Shown here: piece after piece, positions 37,219-45,979 of the stretch
How positions within the stretch are numbered: position 1 is the stretch's first letter
Layout: the number at the start of each line of letters is the position of its first letter
DNA from: Candidatus Eiseniibacteriota bacterium
GTDB taxonomy: Bacteria; Eisenbacteria; RBG-16-71-46
Direction: 5' to 3'
NCBI GenBank assembly: GCA_041492985.1
Contig: JBGPXY010000003.1
Span: 1 to 45,979, forward strand
DNA: 45,979 nucleotides
Notes under the pieces: generated by a model
Database searches by the model: none
What the model was told of the DNA's origin: nothing
What the model saw: the letters and a program-made list of their open reading frames with translations, nothing else
Made by a program: the position numbers and the translations under genes

Positions 37219-38717
37219 GCGGGACTCGGGGTCTCGGGGACCGGGGCCGGGCTCACCCGTCCCGGGCTGCGCCAGTGCAGCACCAGCTCGCGGGCGGCGC
37301 GGCCCTCGTCGAGGCGGCTGACCGGCGTGGTGAGCGGGGCCTCGAGCAGGAGCTTCGGGTTCTCGCGCGCCTCCTGGGCGATGCGCTCCATCGCCGCCGC
37401 GAAGTGGTCGAGACGGTCGAGGGTCTCGGTCTCGGTGGGCTCGATCATGAGGGCCTCTTCGACGATGAGCGGGAAGTAGACCGTCGGCGCGTGCACGCCG
37501 AAGTCCAGCAGCCGCTTCGCCACGTCGAGCGTCTTGACGCCGTGCTTGCGCAGCGCGCGCCCGGAGAGCACGAACTCGTGCATGCAGTGCTCGGGGTGCG
37601 GAAGCTCGTAGGTCTTCGCCAGCCGCCGCATGAGGTAGTTCGCGTTGAGGATCGCGGTGCGGCTGGTCTCGCGCAGCCCCTCGGGGCCGAGCGTCGAGAG
37701 ATAGACGAGCGCGCGCACGAGCATGCCGAAGTTGCCGTGGAACGAATGCACCCGCCCGATCGAGTGCGGGCGGTCGTGGCTGAGACGGAGCATGCCCTCC
37801 CGTTCCACCACCACCGGCACCGGGAGGAAGGGCTCGAGGTGGGCGGCGACCGCGACCGGTCCGGCCCCCGGGCCGCCGCCTCCGTGCGGGGTCGAGAAGG
37901 TCTTGTGCAGGTTGATGTGCATGACGTCGAAGCCGAGGTCCCCGGGTCGGACCAGCCCGATCAGCGCGTTCAGGTTCGCGCCGTCCATGTAGACCTGCGC
38001 GCCGGCCTCGTGCGCGATCCTCGTGATCTCCCGCACCCGGGACTCGAACAGCCCGAGCGTGTTGGGAACCGTCAGCATCACCGCGGCGGTCCGGTCATCG
38101 AGGGCCTTGCGCAGCACCTCGAGGTCGACGGTGGCGTGCTCCTCCGAGGCGATCGTGACCGCCTCGTAGCCCACCAGGTTCACGCTCGCGGGATTGGTCC
38201 CGTGGGCCGAGTCGGGAACGATCACCCGTCGGCGGCGGTCCCCCTCGCCGCGCGAGCGGTGCCACGCGCGGATCATGAGCAGGCCGGTGATCTCGCCCTG
38301 GGCGCCCGCGGCCGGCTGCGTGCCAACCGCCGCGAACCCGGTGATCTCGGCGAGGGCCAATTGCAGATCTCGGATCACCCGCAGCGCTCCCTGGTTCGCT
38401 TCGTCGGGCGCCAGGGGATGCGCGAGTGCCAGACCCGCGAGGGCGGCAATCTCGTCGTTGATCTTGGGATTGTGCTTCATGGTGCAGGAGCCCAGCGGGT
38501 AGAAGCCGCGGTCGATGTGGTGGTTGAGGGTCGAGAGCTCGACGAAATGGCGCACCACCTCGGGCTCGCTCACCTGGGGCAGCCGAAGCTCCGCGCGCAG
38601 GCGGGCGCCGGGCAGGCGATCGGCGAGCGGCCGCACCGGGACGTCGCACGCCGGCAGCGCCGGGCCCCGGTGCCCGGGGCCACCCTGCTCGATGAGGAGA
38701 CGGCGCGGCATCGTCAT
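37215..38717 (-). CDS. gcvPB: Glycine dehydrogenase (decarboxylating) subunit 2
   Basis: YPLGSCTMKHNPK, QPAAGAQGE, SAHGTNPAS, PLP Lys in HINLHKTFSTPHGGGGPG, EPTETE. Confidence 0.96.
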   Translation of the reverse strand: MTMPRRLLIEQGGPGHRGPALPACDVPVRPLADRLPGARLRAELRLPQVSEPEVVRHFVELSTLNHHIDRGFYPLGSCTMKHNPKINDEIAALAGLALAHPLAPDEANQGALRVIRDLQLALAEITGFAAVGTQPAAGAQGEITGLLMIRAWHRSRGEGDRRRRVIVPDSAHGTNPASVNLVGYEAVTIASEEHATVDLEVLRKALDDRTAAVMLTVPNTLGLFESRVREITRIAHEAGAQVYMDGANLNALIGLVRPGDLGFDVMHINLHKTFSTPHGGGGPGAGPVAVAAHLEPFLPVPVVVEREGMLRLSHDRPHSIGRVHSFHGNFGMLVRALVYLSTLGPEGLRETSRTAILNANYLMRRLAKTYELPHPEHCMHEFVLSGRALRKHGVKTLDVAKRLLDFGVHAPTVYFPLIVEEALMIEPTETETLDRLDHFAAAMERIAQEARENPKLLLEAPLTTPVSRLDEGRAARELVLHWRSPGRVSPAPVPETPSPA

Positions 38718-40051
38718 CGCCCGCCCCCGGCTCGCTTCAACACGTCGATCCATCGCTCGATCTCGGCCAGGCTGCGTTGCTCGGTGACCGCGACCAGCAG
38801 CCACCGCCGCCATTCGGGGCGGAACTGCCCGAGGGCGACCCCCGGGAGCACGCCGACCTGCCGGCCCACCCGCACGACCTCGTCGGCATCGACCGGGCAC
38901 TCGAGCACGAACTCCCGGAAGAACGTGCCTGCGTGCGCCTGGGCGTAGCCCGGCAGCGCCGCGGCGAGCGCGGCCGCATGGTGCGTCTTCTGCACGCACG
39001 ACTCCGCCACCTCGGTGAGCCCGAGCTTCCCCAGCAGGCCGAGATAGATGGTGGCGCGCAGGGCGAGCAGGCCCTGGTTGGTGCAGATGTTCGAGGTCGC
39101 CTTCTCGCGCCGGATGTGCTGCTCGCGGGTCTGGAGCGTCAGCACGAAGCCGCGCCGGCCATGACGATCGACGGTCTGCGCCGCGATCCGCCCCGGCATG
39201 CGCCGGACCAGCCCCTGGGCGCACGCGAAGAAGCCGAGCAGTGGACCACCGAAGGAGGGCGGGTTCCCGAGGCACTGCCCCTCGCCGACGACGATGTCGG
39301 CGCCCGTAGCGCCCGGCGGCTCCAGCAGCGCGAGCGCGATCGGATCGCAGACCGCGATCGCGAGGGCTCCCGCCTGATGGGCGAGCGCGTGGATCGCCTG
39401 CGGGTTCTCGAGCAGGCCGAAGAAGTTCGGGTGCTGGTAGAGGACGGCCGCCACGTCGGGCCCGACGGCGGCGGTGAGATCCTCGAGGGCACAGATCCCC
39501 GCACGATCCGCCACCACGACGACGTCGCGCTCCAGATAGGTGCGCAGGACCTCGAGATAGTTCGGGTGGAGGGCTCCGGCGACGACGATACGCGCGCGCC
39601 CGGTCTGGTGTCGGGCCAGCAGGGCCGCTTCCACCGCCGCGGTGGCGCCATCGTAGAGCGAGGCGTTCGCGACGTCGGTCCCGGTCAGCTCGACGATCAT
39701 GCTCTGGAACTCGAACATCGCCGTGAGCGACCCCTGCGCCACCTCGGGCTGGTAGGGCGTGTAGGCGGTCGCGAACTCCGAGCGCATGGCGATGGCGTTC
39801 AGCGCGGCGGGGATGTAGTGGTCGTACAGCCCCCCACCCATGAAGGACGCCGTGTGGTCGGCATCGTTCATGCGCGCCCAGGCGCCGAAGCGGCGTCGGA
39901 CCTCGATCTCCGAGAGCGGTCCCGGCACCTCGAGCGCGCGCTTCAGGCGCACCTCTTCGGGCACCGAGGCGATGAGGTCCTCGAAGCGCGGCACGCCGAT
40001 GGCGGCCAGCATACGCTCCTCCTCGCCGCGCGAGAGGCCGATGAAGCTCAC
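38714..40051 (-). CDS. gcvPA: Glycine dehydrogenase (decarboxylating) subunit 1
   Basis: TAYTPYQPEVAQG, NASLYDG, LTLQTREQHIRREKATSNICTNQ. Confidence 0.96.
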   Translation of the reverse strand: MSFIGLSRGEEERMLAAIGVPRFEDLIASVPEEVRLKRALEVPGPLSEIEVRRRFGAWARMNDADHTASFMGGGLYDHYIPAALNAIAMRSEFATAYTPYQPEVAQGSLTAMFEFQSMIVELTGTDVANASLYDGATAAVEAALLARHQTGRARIVVAGALHPNYLEVLRTYLERDVVVVADRAGICALEDLTAAVGPDVAAVLYQHPNFFGLLENPQAIHALAHQAGALAIAVCDPIALALLEPPGATGADIVVGEGQCLGNPPSFGGPLLGFFACAQGLVRRMPGRIAAQTVDRHGRRGFVLTLQTREQHIRREKATSNICTNQGLLALRATIYLGLLGKLGLTEVAESCVQKTHHAAALAAALPGYAQAHAGTFFREFVLECPVDADEVVRVGRQVGVLPGVALGQFRPEWRRWLLVAVTEQRSLAEIERWIDVLKRAGGGR

Positions 40052-40437
40052 GCGTGGTCCTGATCGACGAGCTGATCGTATTCGTCGGCGTCGAGGAGCT
40101 TCTTGATGTCGTCGGCGTGATCCGGCCTGATCCGGATTATCCAGCCCTCGGCGAACGGCGACTCGTTGACGAGCCCCGGGTTGTCCGCCAGCGCGTCGTT
40201 GACCGCCACCACCTGGCCGGCGACCGGGGCGTACAGGTCGCTCACCGTCTTCACCGCCTCGACCACGCCGAAGGGCTTCTTGGCGTCGAGCCGACGGCCG
40301 ATCTCCGGAAGCTCCACGAACACCACGTCCCCCAGCTGGTCGGTGGCATAGCTGGTGATGCCGACGGTGATCACGCCGCCCTCCAACCGCGCCCACTCGT
40401 GCTCGGCGGTGTATCGCACATCCTCTGGGTACGACAC
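40048..40437 (-). CDS. gcvH: Glycine cleavage system H protein
   Basis: YTAEHEW, GITSYATDQLGDVVFVELP, lipoyl Lys in VEAVKT, APVAG, GWI. Confidence 0.96.
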   Translation of the reverse strand: MSYPEDVRYTAEHEWARLEGGVITVGITSYATDQLGDVVFVELPEIGRRLDAKKPFGVVEAVKTVSDLYAPVAGQVVAVNDALADNPGLVNESPFAEGWIIRIRPDHADDIKKLLDADEYDQLVDQDHA

Positions 40438-40460
40438 GGATCCTCCCTGGTCACGCCGCC

Positions 40461-41564
40461 TCAGCGGCGCGAGCCCCGCGTGTAGAACGGCCGCTTCACG
40501 ACGCGTGTGGCGATGCGACTGGGACCGGCGAGCACGTCGAGCGGCGTGTCGAGCGCGCTCACGCCGGTCTCGACGTAGGCCATGGCGATGGCGCACTCGA
40601 GGCTGGGACTGAACGTCCCACTCGTGACCCGCCCCACCGGACGCCCTCCGGACTCGACCGTCATCCCGTGCCGCGGGACGCGACGGCCTTCCGCCTCCAA
40701 CCCGACCAGCTTCCGGGTCAGACCCTGCTCCTTCTGCTTCGCGAGCGCGTCGCGCCCGGAAAAGGCGCCCTTGCTCAGCTTCACCGTCCAGCCGAGCCCC
40801 GCCTCGAGCGGCGTGGTCGTCTCGTCGATGTCGTTCCCGTAGAGCATGTAGGCCATCTCGAGGCGCAGGGTATCGCGGGCGCCCAGCCCGACCGGCTCGA
40901 TCCCCAGCGGCTGTCCCGCGCCCATCGCCCCGGCCCAGACGGCCGCCGCGTCGCCGCCCTTCATGTAGAGCTCGAAGCCGTCCTCTCCCGTGTACCCGGT
41001 CCGGGCGATCACCGCCGGGACCCCGAACAAGGGTCCCTCGACGAACCGGTTCGAAGGCATGAGGAGTGCCTCGTCGGGGACGTGGCCCCGGAGCACCTCG
41101 GCGGCCTTCGGCCCCTGGATGGCGAGCAGGGCGGTCTCCTCCGAGCGATCGGTCAGCTCGACCCCGGCCGGGCACTGCGCCTTCAGCCAGGCGAGATCCT
41201 TGGCGATGTTGGATGCGTTCACAACCAGCATGAACTCATCGGCGGAACGGTAGACGTAGAGGTCGTCGACGATGCCCCCGTCGGGCCGGCACATGACGCT
41301 GTACATGGCCTGCCCGACCTCCATCCCCGCCACGTCATTGGCGAGCGCCCCGTCGAGGAACCGCGTCGCCCCGGCACCCCGTACCTTGAACTCGCCCATG
41401 TGGGAGATGTCGAACAGCCCGACACCGGTCCGAACCACCTGATGCTCGCGCACGTCGCCCGTGTACCGCAGGGGCATCTCGAAGCCCGCGAAGTCCACGA
41501 GCCTGGCGCCGGCGGCCTTGTGAAATGCATGGAACGGCGTGTGTTTGAGGGTGGAAACGGACAC
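40461..41564 (-). CDS. gcvT: Glycine cleavage system aminomethyltransferase
   Basis: GLFDISHMGE, GIVDD, QGP, RTGYTGEDGFE, GLGARDTLRLE. Confidence 0.96.
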   Translation of the reverse strand: MSVSTLKHTPFHAFHKAAGARLVDFAGFEMPLRYTGDVREHQVVRTGVGLFDISHMGEFKVRGAGATRFLDGALANDVAGMEVGQAMYSVMCRPDGGIVDDLYVYRSADEFMLVVNASNIAKDLAWLKAQCPAGVELTDRSEETALLAIQGPKAAEVLRGHVPDEALLMPSNRFVEGPLFGVPAVIARTGYTGEDGFELYMKGGDAAAVWAGAMGAGQPLGIEPVGLGARDTLRLEMAYMLYGNDIDETTTPLEAGLGWTVKLSKGAFSGRDALAKQKEQGLTRKLVGLEAEGRRVPRHGMTVESGGRPVGRVTSGTFSPSLECAIAMAYVETGVSALDTPLDVLAGPSRIATRVVKRPFYTRGSRR

Positions 41565-41596
41565 GAGGGAAGACTCCGGGGTGGCGAAACGGACGG

Positions 41597-41625
41597 AAGT
41601 TATCGGAAGGCGTGGGGGCGGTCAA
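41597..41625 (-). promoter_or_regulatory. sigma70-type promoter of the gcv operon
   Basis: TTGACC-17 nt-TAACTT, about 30 nt before the gcvT GTG. Confidence 0.6.
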
Positions 41626-41676
41626 GGCGAGCGGACCCGCGAGCGTCCCCGCGGAGTGACGCCGGCGAGCGATGGG

Positions 41677-42885
41677 CTACCGGGCGGCTCCCTTCAGCAC
41701 CCCCAGCTCCTGTCCCACGCGGGTGAACGCATCCACCGCGCGGTCGATGTGCTGCGGCTCGTGCGCCGCGGAGAGCTGCACACGGATCCGCGCCTGGCCC
41801 TTCGCCACCACCGGGAACGAGAAGCCGATGACGTAGATCCCGTGCTCGAGGAGACGACGGGCCATCTCGTGCGCGAGACGCTCGTCGTAGAGCATGATGG
41901 GCACGATCGGGTGCCCCCCGGGCTTGATCTCGAAGCCCGCCGCCGTCATCCCGTCTCGGAACCGCCTGGTGTTCGCTTCGAGCCGGTCGCGCAGCGCGGT
42001 CGAGCGCGAGAGCAGGTCGAACACCGCGATGCTCGCGCCGACCACTGCCGGCGGGAGCGAGTTCGAGAACAGGTACGGCCGCGACCGCTGGCGCAACAGC
42101 TCGATGATCTCGCGCCGACCGGTGGTGAACCCGCCCAGCGCGCCACCCAGCGCCTTCCCGAGCGTCCCGGTGATGATGTCGACCCGGCCCATCACGCCCC
42201 GGTATTCGGTGCTCCCGCGTCCGGTCGCGCCCAGGAAACCGGTGCCGTGGCAGTCGTCCACCATCACCAGCGCCCGGTAGCGGTCGGCGAGATCGCAGAT
42301 GGCCTTCAGATCGGCGACCGTCCCGTCCATGCTGAACGCGCCGTCGGTGACGATGAGCTTGTGGCGGCAGCCCTTCGCCTCGGCCTCCTTGAGGCAGCGC
42401 TCGAGGTCTCCCATCTCGTCGTTCGCGTAGCGCCAGCGCTGCGCCTTGCACAGCCGCACCCCATCGATGATCGAGGCGTGGTTGAGCGCGTCCGAGATGA
42501 CCGCGTCCTCCTCACCCAGCAGGGGCTCGAACACGCCGCCGTTGGCGTCGAAGCAGGCCGCGTAGAGGAGGGTGTCGTCGGTGTGGAGGAACTCGGCGAT
42601 CTTCCGCTCGAGGGTCTTGTGCAGGTCCTGGGTCCCGCAGATGAACCGGACCGAGGAGAGCCCGAACCCGCGCTCGTCGAGTGCCTTGTGGGCGGCGGCG
42701 ATCACCTCCGGATGGCTCGACAGCCCGAGGTAATTATTGGCGCAGAACACCAGCACCTCGCGCCCATCCGCGAGCCGGACCGCCGGGCCCTGCGCCGAGA
42801 TCAGCACGCGCTCGTCCTTCCACAGCCCCGCGTCGCGGATCGCCTTCAGCTCGGCCTGCAGTTGCGGTCGCAGCGTCTCGTACAC
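41677..42885 (-). CDS. kbl: 2-amino-3-ketobutyrate CoA ligase (glycine C-acetyltransferase)
   Basis: [45 protein letters not shown]. Confidence 0.96.
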   Translation of the reverse strand: MYETLRPQLQAELKAIRDAGLWKDERVLISAQGPAVRLADGREVLVFCANNYLGLSSHPEVIAAAHKALDERGFGLSSVRFICGTQDLHKTLERKIAEFLHTDDTLLYAACFDANGGVFEPLLGEEDAVISDALNHASIIDGVRLCKAQRWRYANDEMGDLERCLKEAEAKGCRHKLIVTDGAFSMDGTVADLKAICDLADRYRALVMVDDCHGTGFLGATGRGSTEYRGVMGRVDIITGTLGKALGGALGGFTTGRREIIELLRQRSRPYLFSNSLPPAVVGASIAVFDLLSRSTALRDRLEANTRRFRDGMTAAGFEIKPGGHPIVPIMLYDERLAHEMARRLLEHGIYVIGFSFPVVAKGQARIRVQLSAAHEPQHIDRAVDAFTRVGQELGVLKGAAR

Positions 42886-42898
42886 GCTCGATCCTCCC

Positions 42899-44008
42899 CT
42901 ATGCGTTCTCGCCCCAGGGCACCAGGACCACCTTGCCCGCCTGGCCCGACCGCAGGAGCGCGATCGCGGCGTCGAACTCCCGCATCGGCATGACGTGCGT
43001 GATGGCCGGGCGGACGTCCAGTCGGCCGGAGCCGAGGAGGTTGTCCATCTGGTACCAGGTCTCGTACATCCGTCGTCCGATGATCCCGTGGATGGTGATG
43101 CCCTTGAAGATGACGAGCCGGTTCCAGTCCAGCTCGAAGGACTCCTTGGGCAGCCCCAGCAGCGAGAGCCGCCCGCCGTTGCGCAGCGCCGCGAGCCCGT
43201 CTCGCACCGCGCTCGGATTGCCCGACATCTCGAGCACGCCGTCGAGCCCGCGGCCGCCCGTGAGCTGCTGGATGCGGGCGACGAAATCCTCCTTCGTCGG
43301 GTCGATCACGGCGTCGGCCTGCATGCGGCGGGCGAGATCCAGCCGGTAGGGCGACACGTCGCTCGCGAACACGCGCGCCGCGCCGGCCGCGCGCGCGACA
43401 CCGACGGCGAACAGGCCGATGGGCCCGCAGCCGGTGACGGCGATGTTGCATCCCGAGAGCGGTCCCGAGAACGCGGTGTGCACCGCGTTGCCGAGCGGCT
43501 CCATCACGGCCGCCACGTCGATGGTGATGTTGGCCGGTGTGCGCCAGGCGTTGACCGCGGGCACCGCGACGAACTCCGCGAAGCCCCCGTTCACGTCGAC
43601 GCCGAGGATGCGCGTGTTCTCGCACACGTGCCCGTTGCCGGTGCGGCAGGCGAGACACGCGCCGCAGACGACGTGGCTCTCGCACGAGACCCGATCCCCG
43701 GGCTGGTAGCGGGTGACGCCCGCGCCCACCTCGATCACGTCGCCGACGAACTCGTGGCCGAGGGTGACCGGGGGCTTGAGGCGCCCCTGGGACCAGCGGT
43801 CCCACTCGTAGATGTGCAGGTCGGTGCCGCAGACCCCGGCGCGCCGGACGCGCAGCAGCAGCTCGCCGGGTCCGCAGGCCGGCACCGCGACCTCGCGGAT
43901 CTCGGCCCCCGGACCGGCCTGCGCCTTGACGACCGCGTGCATGGTCGCGGCGCGCGGTCGGGAGGTCGTTCGCGGGCTCCCGCTCGCCGCCGGGGTCGTC
44001 GAGGTCAT
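42899..44008 (-). CDS. tdh: L-threonine 3-dehydrogenase (Zn-dependent); alternative start 43942
   Basis: [52 protein letters not shown]; adjacent to kbl. Confidence 0.94.
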   Translation of the reverse strand: MTSTTPAASGSPRTTSRPRAATMHAVVKAQAGPGAEIREVAVPACGPGELLLRVRRAGVCGTDLHIYEWDRWSQGRLKPPVTLGHEFVGDVIEVGAGVTRYQPGDRVSCESHVVCGACLACRTGNGHVCENTRILGVDVNGGFAEFVAVPAVNAWRTPANITIDVAAVMEPLGNAVHTAFSGPLSGCNIAVTGCGPIGLFAVGVARAAGAARVFASDVSPYRLDLARRMQADAVIDPTKEDFVARIQQLTGGRGLDGVLEMSGNPSAVRDGLAALRNGGRLSLLGLPKESFELDWNRLVIFKGITIHGIIGRRMYETWYQMDNLLGSGRLDVRPAITHVMPMREFDAAIALLRSGQAGKVVLVPWGENA

Positions 44009-44265
44009 GACGGGCGTCCTTCCGCTGAGGGAGCCAGACTGGTCGAGGATGACCCGGGAGGTTCCGCGGACGTGCGGGCGTCGACGCCCCCGGTGCGCGT
44101 CACAGGATGCCGTTTCCCACGACGGAAGTCACGGGCGCGCGCTTCGCGCCGGATGGCGCCCCCGATCACCTGTCGAACGTAGACATACACGATCACCGGC
44201 GCGACCAGGACGAGCTGCAGCACGACGAGCCCGACGTCGCGCGGGCGAGGCGGTCGGCGGCTCAT
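44005..44265 (-). CDS. Small hypothetical single-TM protein (86 aa)
   Basis: Hydrophobic [20 protein letters not shown]; ATGA overlaps with both the uvrA stop and the tdh start. Confidence 0.55.
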   Translation of the reverse strand: MSRRPPRPRDVGLVVLQLVLVAPVIVYVYVRQVIGGAIRREARARDFRRGKRHPVTRTGGVDARTSAEPPGSSSTSLAPSAEGRPS

Positions 44266-45977
44266 GATCGCAGCACGTCGCGCAGCGCCCGTCCGGTGTA
44301 CGAACCGCGCACGCGTGCCACCGCCTCGGGAGTGCCGGTAGCGACGATGGTGCCCCCCTGATCGCCACCCTCCGGACCCAGGTCGAGCAGCCAGTCGGCG
44401 CTCTTGATGACGTCGAGCTGGTGCTCGATGACGATCACGGTGTTCCCACGGTCCACCAGGGCCTGCAGCACCTCCAGCAGGACCCGCACGTCCTCGAAGT
44501 GAAGCCCCGTGGTGGGCTCATCCAGGACATAGAGGGTTCGCCCGGTCGCCACCCGGGACAGCTCGGTGGCGAGCTTGACCCGTTGCGCCTCGCCCCCCGA
44601 GAGCGTGGTCGCGGACTGGCCGACGTGGATGTAACCGAGACCCACCTCGAACAGCGTATCGAGCTTGCGGCGCAGCGGCGGGATCGCGCCCAGGAAATCC
44701 CGCGCCTCCTCCACCGTCATCTCGAGCACGTCGGCGATCGAGCGTCCCTTGTGCATGACCTCGAGGGTCTCCCGGTTGTAGCGCCTTCCGTGACACACAT
44801 CGCAGCGCACGAAGACATCGGGCAGGAAATGCATCTCGATCTTCATCAGACCATCGCCCTGACAGTTCTCGCAGCGGCCTCCCTTGACGTTGAACGAGAA
44901 CCGGCCGGGACCATAGCCGCGCACCTTGGCCTCGGGAAGCTTCGCGAACAGGTCCCGCACGAAGCCGAACGCCCCCGTGTAGGTGGCGGGATTGGACCGC
45001 GGGGTGCGGCCGATCGGACTCTGGTCGATGTCCACCACCTTGTCGATGTGCTCGAGTCCGCGCAGGGCGCGGTGCGCTCCCGGAAGCGCGCCGGCGCCTC
45101 CGAAGTGGCGCTGGAGTGCGGCCAGCAGGATGTCGTTGACGAGGGTGCTCTTCCCCGAGCCCGAGACCCCCGTGACGCACACCAGGCACCCGAGCGGGAA
45201 GCGCGCGTCCAGCTCACGCAGGTTGTGAGCCCGTGCGCCCATCACCTCCAGCGCCAGGCCGTTGCCCGGACGACGCCGCTCCGGCACCGGGATGGACCGC
45301 TCGCCGGCGAGGTAGCGCCCGGTGAGCGAGGCGGGATTCGCCGCCACTTCGGCCGGCGTGCCGGCGGCCACCAGACGACCCCCATGGCGGCCCGCCGCCG
45401 GGCCCAGGTCCACCAGGTAGTCGGCGGCGGCCATCGTGTCCCGGTCGTGCTCGACCACCACCACCGTGTTGCCGAGATCGCGCAGGCGCAGCAGGGTCGC
45501 GAGCAGCCGGCGGTTGTCGCGATGATGGAGGCCGATCGAGGGCTCATCGAGGATGTAGAGCACCCCGGTGAGCTGGGAGCCGATCTGCGTGGCGAGCCGG
45601 ATGCGCTACGCCTCGCCCCCCGCCAGGGTCGCCGCGGAGCGGTCGAGCGTCAGGTAGCCCAGCCCCACGTCGTCGAGGAAGCCGAGCCGGTTCGCGATCT
45701 CCTTGACGATCGGGCTCGCGATCGTGGCCCGCGCCCCGCTGAACTCGAGGGCCGCGACCGCCGCCCGCGCCCCACTCACCGGCATCGCGACCCACTGGGC
45801 GATGTCGCGCCCCTCGAGACGCACCGCCAGGCTCTCGGGCCGGAGCCGCCGGCCGCCGCAGTCCGGGCACGGCGTCGGATTCATGAGCGCATGGATGTTG
45901 CGCCGCGCCGCCTCGCTGCTGGTGGTGCGATAGCGGCGCTCGAGGCTCGGGATCACGCCCTCGTAGGAGGCGTGCTG
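44262..45977 (-). pseudogene. uvrA: Excinuclease ABC subunit A, 5' end beyond the window, interrupted by an in-frame TAG at 45606-45608
   Basis: [71 protein letters not shown] zinc finger, LSGGEAQR; both track ORFs are in the same frame. Gene identity is certain; pseudogene versus sequence error is not. Confidence 0.85.
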
Positions 45978-45979
45978 GA

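Noticed and set aside
41565-41676. Glycine riboswitch upstream of gcvT
   Set aside because: The promoter lies about 30 nt from the start codon; no room and no GGAGA/CAGG/CUCUCAGG aptamer motifs
45606-45608. Genome-wide TAG reassignment or pyrrolysine
   Set aside because: TAG acts as a normal stop at conserved C-termini of several genes here; only one internal TAG seen

Overview
High-GC (roughly 70% by eye) bacterial chromosomal segment, almost all on the minus strand, with no mobile elements, CRISPR, rRNA or tRNA seen. Read right to left it contains: uvrA (cut by the window edge, with an in-frame TAG in ABC signature 1); tdh-kbl (threonine to glycine + acetyl-CoA); gcvT-H-PA-PB. Directly coupled to gcvPB is an uncharacterised 8-gene module: two small ORFs, a GlmL-like ASKHA ATPase with no mutase partner in the window, a protein with repeated barrel-sandwich (lipoyl/RnfC-N-like) motifs, and four membrane proteins, two of which look like an inverted-topology pair (DUF6754-like). 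Next come a lipoate/octanoyl ligase, an Opp/Dpp peptide ABC transporter, a 670-nt gap holding a sigma54-type promoter and a long rod-like candidate ncRNA, and a compact microcompartment operon (2 BMC-H, 1 BMC-T, 3 BMC-P, acylating aldehyde dehydrogenase, no signature enzyme). Housekeeping genes follow: HU/IHF, a 31-aa bS22-like ORF missing from the ORF track, rnr, PilZ, aroA, cmk, plsC, rpsA, TPR-SPOR, mutS. At the left end are STAS, a HEAT-repeat membrane protein, yitJ, and a circularly permuted SpoIVB/S55 protease paired with a secreted beta-propeller protein. The best candidate for an undescribed system is the ASKHA-ATPase/membrane module at 29969-37218; the orphan BMC and the sigma54 ncRNA come next. 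All family assignments are by motif recognition; no database search was run.
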